Positions 57,270-64,000 of a stretch of DNA of 64,000 nucleotides are shown here, piece after piece. The stretch is from assembly GCA_902549495.1 (NCBI GenBank), contig CACCVU010000001.1, positions 28,615 through 92,614 of the forward strand, in the 5' to 3' direction. The notes below the pieces were generated by a model that saw only the letters and a program-made list of their open reading frames with translations, was not told the DNA's origin and made no database searches. Source of the DNA: an uncultured Pelagibacteraceae bacterium (GTDB lineage Bacteria > Pseudomonadota > Alphaproteobacteria > Pelagibacterales > Pelagibacteraceae). Both the position numbers and the translations under genes were made by a program. Position 1 is the stretch's first letter, and each line of letters opens with the position of its first letter.

Positions 57270-60030
57270 AATGAGCCTCTCCCCAATTATTCCCTGAGTT
57301 TACTCCTACCTCTAATGGTATTGAGAATTTATGGTATTCAGAACTTGATACTGAAACCATAGCATTTTGAATTAATTTCTTAACATTATTTTCATCTTTT
57401 TTTAAACATTCAAATATTAACTCATCGTGTATTTGAAGTAACATTTTTGCTATTTTTTTTTCCTCTAAAATATTATCAATTTTAATCATTGCTAATCTAA
57501 TTATATCAGCGGCAGATCCTTGGATAGGAGCGTTAATTGCTGCTCTTTCTTGAAAACTTCGCACACTAAAGTTTTTATCATTTATGCCTCTCAAATGAAT
57601 TCTTCTTCCAAAAATATTTGATACGTAACCAAGTTTTCTACAGCTTTTAATTGTAGAGTTCATGTAATCCTTTATTTCAGGAAATTTTTTAAAATAAGAA
57701 TTAATAAATTCTTGAGCCTCTTCATTTGAAACTGATATTTGCTTAGCTAAACCATATTGAGTTATGCCGTATATGATACCAAAGTTTATTGCCTTTGCTT
57801 TCCTTCTTTGATCTTCAGAAATTTTATTAATTGGCACACCAAAAACTTGGCTAGCGGTAAGTTTGTGAATGTCCTGATTTTGTTTGAATGCTTTTTTTAG
57901 CTCTTTAACATCAGCCATATCAGCAAGTATCCTCATCTCTATTTGATTGTAATCAGCAGAAATTAGAACATTATTTTTTTCTGCTATAAAAGCTTTTCTA
58001 ATTTCTTTTCCGTCTGAAGTTTTAATTGGTATATTTTGTAAGTTTGGATCGCTTGAGGCTAATCTACCAGTGTTAGTCGCTGCTAAAAGAAATGATGTAT
58101 GAACTCTTTTGGTATCTTTATTAATATGATCTTGAAGCGCATCAGTATAGGTACTTTTAAGTTTAGATACTTGTCTCCACTCTAATATTAAATTAGGAAA
58201 TTTTTGACCAGTTAACGCGAGATCCTCTAATATTTTAGCGCTAGTGGCTAAACTACCTTTTTTAGTTTTTTTCAATTTTGCTATTTTTAATTCGTTGTAA
58301 ATAATTTCACCAAGTTGTTTGGGCGACCCAATATTAAATTCTTTTCCTGAAATTTTAAAAATTTCTTTTTCAATTTTTTCTAATCTTTTTTCAAATTTTT
58401 TTGATAGTTCTTTTAAGTAGTTATCATCTACTTTTATTCCATAAGTCTCTAGTTTTGATAATATCTTAATCATTGGTTTTTCAAAAGCTTCATAAATTTG
58501 ACTAAGCTTTTCGTCTGAAACTCTTTCTGACAAAATTTCATATAATCTTAAAGTCACATCAGCATCCTCTGCTGCATATTCTGTAGCTTTATCTATATCT
58601 ACTTCTGAAAATTTTAATTGTTTTTTTCCAGAACCAACCAGATCTTTGTAAGAAATTGTTTTATGGTTAAGATGTAGTTCTGACAAAGTATCCATATTGT
58701 GACGATTATTCCCTGCATCCAAAGTGTAAGAGAGTAACATTGTATCTTCGACAGGGTTTAATTCTACTCCATATTTTTTTAGTATAATGAAATCGTATTT
58801 AATATTTTGACCAACTTTTTTTATACTTGGATCTTCCAAAATTGGCTTGAGTTTTTTTACAACAAAATCTTTATTCAAACCTTTTATATTTTTGTGGCCA
58901 ACTGGAATGTAAAAAGAAATATTTTCAGCATAACTTAAAGAAATGCCAATTAACTCTGCCACCTGAGGATCTAGAGAAGAAGTTTCAGTATCAACTGAAA
59001 TAATGCTTTTTTTATTTAAATCAATTATTAATTTATTTAAGTCATTTTCTTTTATAATTTTTTGATATTGTTTTGTATTTATTTTTGACGGTTTTGATTT
59101 TTTGTCCTGATTAAATTTTTTTTCTACAGGTTCACCATAAAAACTAATAGCTTGACTTAGTAATCTATTAAATTCCATCTCTCTTAAAAAGTTATAAAGT
59201 TTATCTTTATTGATTTTTTTGATTAAAAAGTCGTTTGGTTTATTTTTGATTGGGACATCATCTTTTAGAGTTACTAGTTGTTTACTCAATAATGCTTTAT
59301 CTTTATTAGCAATAAGTGTTTCTCTTCTTTTATTTTGTTTAATTTCAGATGCTTTTTTAAGAAGAGTGTCTAAGTTTTTGTATTTATTGATTAGCTCTGC
59401 AGCAGTTTTGACCCCTATTCCAGGCACACCTGGAATATTGTCAGAAGAATCTCCAGCTAAAGATTGAACATCTATGACTTGATTAGGTTTAACCCCAAAT
59501 TTTTCAAAAACTTCTTTTTCTCCAATAACTTTACTTTTCATTGGATCGAATAATCTTAGCTTAGTAGAGACTAGTTGCATTAGGTCTTTATCAGATGAAA
59601 TTACTGTAACTTTCGCTCCAGATTCAATAATTTTTTTTGCGTAAGTAGCTATTAAATCATCTGCCTCGTAATTAAGAAGTTCTATAGATGGTAGATTAAA
59701 AGCTTCAACTGATTTTCTTATATATTCAAATTGAGGAGCTAAGTCATCTGGTGCCTCAGCACGATTTGCTTTATATTCAGTATAAATTTCATTTCTAAAA
59801 TTTTTTCTTGCAGAGTCAAAAATTACTGCAAAATGTGTTGGCTTATTTTTAGAGTCGTCTGATCTAGCCTCCTCTAATAATTTAAAAAGCATAGAACAGA
59901 AACCACTAACCGCTCCAGTTGGAAGACCATCACTTTTTCTTGAGAGAGGAGGAAGAGCATAATAAGCGCGAAAAATATATCCAGATCCATCTACCAAATA
60001 AAAATGATCTGTTTTTTTTATTGAACTCAT
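57268..60030 (-). CDS. polA: DNA polymerase I
   Basis: LVDGS..FRAYYA, EADD, DTET, GRLASSDPNLQNIP, DYNQIEMR, KAINFGIIYG, QIHDE. Confidence 0.98.
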   Translation of the reverse strand: MSSIKKTDHFYLVDGSGYIFRAYYALPPLSRKSDGLPTGAVSGFCSMLFKLLEEARSDDSKNKPTHFAVIFDSARKNFRNEIYTEYKANRAEAPDDLAPQFEYIRKSVEAFNLPSIELLNYEADDLIATYAKKIIESGAKVTVISSDKDLMQLVSTKLRLFDPMKSKVIGEKEVFEKFGVKPNQVIDVQSLAGDSSDNIPGVPGIGVKTAAELINKYKNLDTLLKKASEIKQNKRRETLIANKDKALLSKQLVTLKDDVPIKNKPNDFLIKKINKDKLYNFLREMEFNRLLSQAISFYGEPVEKKFNQDKKSKPSKINTKQYQKIIKENDLNKLIIDLNKKSIISVDTETSSLDPQVAELIGISLSYAENISFYIPVGHKNIKGLNKDFVVKKLKPILEDPSIKKVGQNIKYDFIILKKYGVELNPVEDTMLLSYTLDAGNNRHNMDTLSELHLNHKTISYKDLVGSGKKQLKFSEVDIDKATEYAAEDADVTLRLYEILSERVSDEKLSQIYEAFEKPMIKILSKLETYGIKVDDNYLKELSKKFEKRLEKIEKEIFKISGKEFNIGSPKQLGEIIYNELKIAKLKKTKKGSLATSAKILEDLALTGQKFPNLILEWRQVSKLKSTYTDALQDHINKDTKRVHTSFLLAATNTGRLASSDPNLQNIPIKTSDGKEIRKAFIAEKNNVLISADYNQIEMRILADMADVKELKKAFKQNQDIHKLTASQVFGVPINKISEDQRRKAKAINFGIIYGITQYGLAKQISVSNEEAQEFINSYFKKFPEIKDYMNSTIKSCRKLGYVSNIFGRRIHLRGINDKNFSVRSFQERAAINAPIQGSAADIIRLAMIKIDNILEEKKIAKMLLQIHDELIFECLKKDENNVKKLIQNAMVSVSSSEYHKFSIPLEVGVNSGNNWGEAH

Positions 60031-60072
60031 ATATACATATTACATTGAAATCTTGATGAATTATAAAAAAGT

Positions 60073-61002
60073 ATGAATAAATTTGCCCTAGCTGTTGAAA
60101 ATCTAACAAAGGTTTATTCTAGTCCCCAAACCAAAAAACATAATAAAGCTTTAAACGAATTAAGTTTTGAAGTCAGACAAGGTGAGGTATTTGGATTATT
60201 AGGACCGAATGGAGCGGGTAAGACAACATTTTTAAGTATTCTAGGAGGCACAGTTATTAAAACTAGTGGAAGAGTAAATGTATGGGGTTTTGATTTAGAT
60301 CAAAATCCTCGTCAAGTTAGAGCATCTGTGGGAATAGTCCCCCAGGAAGTAAACTTAGATGCTTTTTTTAGTCCAAAAAAACTTCTTGAACTTCAAGCCG
60401 GACTTTACGGTATTTCTAAAGAGAACCGCATAACTGATTTAATATTAAAGATGGTTTCTCTTCAAGATAAAGCTAATGCATACTCCAGAAGCTTATCGGG
60501 CGGCATGAAGAGAAGATTGCTTATTGCAAAGGCTATGGTTCATCAACCTCCAATTTTAATTTTAGATGAGCCTACAGCTGGTGTTGATGTAGAACTTAGA
60601 AATAATCTTTGGGAAAATGTAAAAGCTCTAAACAAAGAAGGTGTGACAATAATATTAACCACACACTATCTGATTGAAGCACAGGAAATGTGTGATCGAA
60701 TAGCTATAATCAATAAAGGAAATTTAGTTGCGTTAGATACTACCGAAAAGTTACTTGAGAGAATTAAAACTAAAAAAATAAATTTTAAAGTTAAAAATAT
60801 TGATTTAAATAAAAATTTAATGATGAAAGATATAAATTTTAAAATAAACTCTGAAAATTCAATATTAGTTACTTATGAAAAAAACTCTCACGATTTTGGA
60901 GAAATAATCAATTATTTAAACGAAAATAATATCAAAATTGAGGATATTTCAACAGAAGATGGTGATTTAGAAGATGTTTTTGTTCAATTAACAAAACACT
61001 AG
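60073..61002 (+). CDS. ABC transporter ATP-binding protein (YadG-like)
   Basis: GPNGAGKT, LSGGMKRR, LDEPTAGVD, TTHY. Confidence 0.92.
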   Translation: MNKFALAVENLTKVYSSPQTKKHNKALNELSFEVRQGEVFGLLGPNGAGKTTFLSILGGTVIKTSGRVNVWGFDLDQNPRQVRASVGIVPQEVNLDAFFSPKKLLELQAGLYGISKENRITDLILKMVSLQDKANAYSRSLSGGMKRRLLIAKAMVHQPPILILDEPTAGVDVELRNNLWENVKALNKEGVTIILTTHYLIEAQEMCDRIAIINKGNLVALDTTEKLLERIKTKKINFKVKNIDLNKNLMMKDINFKINSENSILVTYEKNSHDFGEIINYLNENNIKIEDISTEDGDLEDVFVQLTKH

Positions 61003-61033
61003 ATTTTAATAAAAAAAAAGTTAAATTAATTAA

Positions 61034-61585
61034 ATGGAATTTGTAAAAAGTTTAAACCAATCAAAAATAATTAAATATATATTTGTTGCCTTATTGGGCT
61101 CCATTCTTTTAGCCATATCGTCAAAAGTTAAAATACCATTTTACCCGGTCCCTATGACAATGCAAACTTTAGTAGTCTTGTTAATAGGAATATGTTTTGG
61201 ATGGAAACTTGGTGTGGCAACTATTTCTTTATATTTATTCGAAGGTATAATTGGTTTGCCAGTGTTTTCAGGAACTCCAGAAAAAGGTGTGGGAATAGTA
61301 TACTTCACAGGGCCAACAATGGGTTATTTGATAGGTTTTATGGTCACTGGATTTTTAGCAGGAAAATTTAATTACGATAATAATTATTTTAAAAATTTTT
61401 TTAAATTAGTTGTTGCTACTAGCTTTATTTATGTATTGGGGATGTTATGGCTAGGTACTTTAATAGGTTGGGATAAACCAATATTCAAATTGGGAGCACA
61501 ACCTTTCCTGTTAGCAGAGTTATTTAAAATTCTCATTGCAACACTTGCAATAAATCAAATCAGAAAATTTAAAAAATTTATTTAA
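61034..61585 (+). CDS. bioY: Biotin transporter BioY
   Basis: PVPMTMQT, GLPVFSG, GPTMGYLIGF, PFL. Confidence 0.92.
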   Translation: MEFVKSLNQSKIIKYIFVALLGSILLAISSKVKIPFYPVPMTMQTLVVLLIGICFGWKLGVATISLYLFEGIIGLPVFSGTPEKGVGIVYFTGPTMGYLIGFMVTGFLAGKFNYDNNYFKNFFKLVVATSFIYVLGMLWLGTLIGWDKPIFKLGAQPFLLAELFKILIATLAINQIRKFKKFI

Positions 61586-61586
61586 A

Positions 61587-62159
61587 TTATCTTGGGGATC
61601 TTTTAGAAAGAATTCTTTGTAATGTTCTTCTATGCATTTTAAGTCTTCGAGCTGTTTCGGAAACATTTCTATTACATAACTCAAATACTCGATGGATATG
61701 TTCCCATTTCACTCTATCTGCAGACATTGGATTTTCAGGTGGTTTTGCCTTTGATTCTGGAGAAGCCAATAAAGCCGACTCAACATCGTCCGCATCTACT
61801 GGTTTAGAAATGTAATCGATTGCTCCTACTTTAACAGCCTCTACAGCTGTAGGTAGATTCCCGTAACCCGTTAGCATAACAATCCTGCAATCTTTTTTGT
61901 TTCCTGAAAGCTCTTTAACAACATCCAATCCATTGCCATCTTCAAGCCTGAGATCAACTACAGCAAAGGCTGTAGGAGCTGTCTTGGCAATTTTAAGACC
62001 TTCGGCCACTGATTTAGCCTCTTTTACTTGAAATCCTTTCTTCTCCATTGCTCTAGCAAGCCTGCCCCTTAACGGATCGTCATCATCAAGGATTAATAGC
62101 GATTTATCAGTAAAGTCTGCTAATTTTAGCTGCTCTGGAACGTTTTTTTGTGACCTCAT
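61587..62159 (-). CDS. regA: RegA/PrrA/ActR redox response regulator
   Basis: MSADRVKWEHIHRVFELCNRNVSETARRLKMHRRTLQRIL. Confidence 0.95.
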   Translation of the reverse strand: MRSQKNVPEQLKLADFTDKSLLILDDDDPLRGRLARAMEKKGFQVKEAKSVAEGLKIAKTAPTAFAVVDLRLEDGNGLDVVKELSGNKKDCRIVMLTGYGNLPTAVEAVKVGAIDYISKPVDADDVESALLASPESKAKPPENPMSADRVKWEHIHRVFELCNRNVSETARRLKMHRRTLQRILSKRSPR

Positions 62160-62320
62160 AACTTGTCATATAGGTATTCTTGACAAAATTTCAACACGAC
62201 AAAAATGTCCGTTTTTTCTTTACATAAAGTAAAAAAAACATTAAATGCGAAATAAGTAAGGTTTTTTTTGTTAAATTTTTTAAAAAATCTTTGTCTAATT
62301 TAACGTGAGGGACACATGAA

Positions 62321-63502
62321 ATGGGAAAATTTAAAACAGTTAACGAGCTAGTTAACTCATTACAACCAGATTACCCCGTATATTGTTTACGGCTTAACGA
62401 GATTAAAAAATCCGTAAAATTTTTTAAAGAAAATTTTCCTGGAAAAATTCTTTATGCTGTAAAAACAAATCCAAACGAAAAAATTATTAAACAGATTATT
62501 GCTAGTGGTATCAATGAATTTGATGTTGCTTCTCTAAATGAGATCAAACTTCTTAAAAAGATTAAGTCAGATGCAAAGTTACATTTTATGCATACTATCA
62601 AAAGTAAAGAGAGTATATCGTCGGCTTACTTTAATTACGGAGTAAAAAGTTTCTCTCTTGATAGTAAGGATGAGTTGAGGAAAATTCTAGAGGCTACTAA
62701 TCAAGCAAAAGATTTAGAATTATTTGTAAGAATTGCGATTTCGAATGAGCATGCAGAAATAGATCTTTCAAGAAAATTTGGTGCGCTTCCCTCAGAAGCT
62801 TTAGGATTGGTAAGATTATGTAAGGAGCATTCAAAAAAACTTGGAATAAGTTTTCATGTTGGTTCTCAATGTATGCATAAAATTTCTTACTCAAAAGGAA
62901 TTCGTGAAATTGGAAATATAATTAAAAAAACAAAAATATTACCAAATACAATTAATGTTGGTGGAGGTTTTCCATCTATATATCCAGATCTTAATCCTGA
63001 ACCATTAATAAATTATATGGAAGAAATTAAAAAAGAACTAAATAACTTAAAGTTAAATAAATTACCAGAAATCATATGTGAGCCAGGAAGAGCTCTTGTA
63101 GCAGAAAGTGGATCTACAGTTGTAAAAGTTATTTTAAGAAAAAAAAATAGCTTGTACATCAATGACGGAACATATGGATCTTTATTTGACGCTGGGGCAC
63201 CAAACTTTGTTTTACCATCAAAGATGATTACAAGCGGAAGAATTCAGTCTAAAAAGCTAACTGCTTTTAGTTTTTTTGGACCAACTTGTGATGGATTAGA
63301 TTACATGAAAGGACCTTTTTTGTTACCAAATAATATTAAAGAAGGTGACTATATAGAGTTAGGTCAGTTAGGAGCTTACAGTCTAACTTTCAGAACAAAC
63401 TTCAACGGTTTTTACTCAAATGATATTCACGAATTAAGTGACAAACCAATTATATCTATGTACGATAATGCAAATGATAAAGTTGGTTCTTTAGTAGCTT
63501 AA
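62321..63502 (+). CDS. Fold-type III PLP ornithine/lysine decarboxylase
   Basis: YAVKTN, FDVAS, KFGA, FHVGSQ, GGGFP, EPGR, GPTCD, GAY. Confidence 0.92.
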   Translation: MGKFKTVNELVNSLQPDYPVYCLRLNEIKKSVKFFKENFPGKILYAVKTNPNEKIIKQIIASGINEFDVASLNEIKLLKKIKSDAKLHFMHTIKSKESISSAYFNYGVKSFSLDSKDELRKILEATNQAKDLELFVRIAISNEHAEIDLSRKFGALPSEALGLVRLCKEHSKKLGISFHVGSQCMHKISYSKGIREIGNIIKKTKILPNTINVGGGFPSIYPDLNPEPLINYMEEIKKELNNLKLNKLPEIICEPGRALVAESGSTVVKVILRKKNSLYINDGTYGSLFDAGAPNFVLPSKMITSGRIQSKKLTAFSFFGPTCDGLDYMKGPFLLPNNIKEGDYIELGQLGAYSLTFRTNFNGFYSNDIHELSDKPIISMYDNANDKVGSLVA

Positions 63503-64000
63503 TGAATAAAAAAAATAGTCCGAATATCGGACACAATAAAAAATCTTTACTTAATTCCCCAGTTGAACACATCGATATCAAGTCTTTTGATGCTCGTAAG
63601 ATTATTGATGGTATGAGTAAGATGTCTTTCACCTCTAGAGATACAGCCAGAGCGGCAGCTATTTATAATGAAATGCTTGCAGATAAAGATTGTTCAATTT
63701 TTTTAACTTTAGCAGGCTCAACTTCAGCAGGTGGATGCATGGATTTATATACTGATTTAGTAAAACATAATATGGTTGATGCTATTGTGGCCACGGGGGC
63801 CTCGATTATAGATATGGATTTTTTTGAAGCTCTAGGTTTTAAGCATTATCAGGGATCCCAGTTTCAAGATGATACTGAACTAAGAAACAACTATATTGAC
63901 AGGATATATGACACTTATATCGATGAAGAGGAGCTTCAAGCCTGTGACAAAACTATATGTGATATTGCTAATTCTCTAAAACCTAAACCATACACCTCAA
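63502..64000 (+). CDS. Deoxyhypusine synthase-like protein, truncated by window end (not in ORF track)
   Basis: Manual translation MNKKNSP...MSFTSRD...LAGSTSAGG...VDAIVATGA...IDRIYDTYI; start overlaps the ODC stop. Confidence 0.88.
   Translation, partial: MNKKNSPNIGHNKKSLLNSPVEHIDIKSFDARKIIDGMSKMSFTSRDTARAAAIYNEMLADKDCSIFLTLAGSTSAGGCMDLYTDLVKHNMVDAIVATGASIIDMDFFEALGFKHYQGSQFQDDTELRNNYIDRIYDTYIDEEELQACDKTICDIANSLKPKPYTS

Noticed and set aside
62195-62212. Possible RegA box CACGACAAAAATGTCCG upstream of regA
   Set aside because: Partial palindrome with spacing one base off the GCGRC-N5-GNCGC consensus; too weak to call.
2903-62894. Short antisense or alternate-frame ORFs in the track (e.g. 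2903-3109, 9712-10098, 24965-25312, 40576-40962, 47759-48016, 59210-59467)
   Set aside because: They shadow well-supported genes and show no recognisable motifs.
1-64000. CRISPR arrays, tRNA/rRNA genes, IS elements, SAM-V or other known riboswitches
   Set aside because: None recognisable; intergenic gaps are short and lack the signatures.

Overview
AT-rich (roughly 30% GC by eye), tightly packed alphaproteobacterial chromosome segment. Gene content and order point to SAR11/Pelagibacterales. It holds a P-starvation lipid-remodelling trio (glycosyltransferase-plcP-DAG kinase), the core block rnd-kdsD-lptC-lptB-aroA-cmk-rpsA-ihfB-pyrF-trpFBA-accD-folC-trxA, a central block (exonuclease I, HTH-S24 protein, orphans, RmuC, WGR, ADP-ribosylglycohydrolase, RlmN, SRAP), purKE and assorted metabolic genes, then gpmA-murU-amgK-tsaE-ahcY-chvG-chvI-polA-bioY-regA-ornithine decarboxylase-deoxyhypusine synthase-like. 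I saw no tRNA, rRNA, CRISPR array, integrase or transposase. The main signal is a roughly 40-kb zone (about 3.5-45 kb, strongest at 12-31 kb) where intact housekeeping genes carry substitutions in normally near-invariant motifs but keep their catalytic residues, while genes beyond about 45 kb look canonical. At the centre lies a 453-aa protein combining an HTH-like region, a catalytically dead S24 (LexA/CI-type) domain and an internal FtsZ C-terminal-peptide look-alike (DFEIPEFLRRNQN). Next to it are a perfect operator-like palindrome and an 80-nt hairpin with an anti-Shine-Dalgarno-rich loop. This is a candidate undescribed locus linked to localized hypermutation and/or DNA-divisome coupling. 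All family assignments and consensus comparisons are from remembered motifs; no searches were run.
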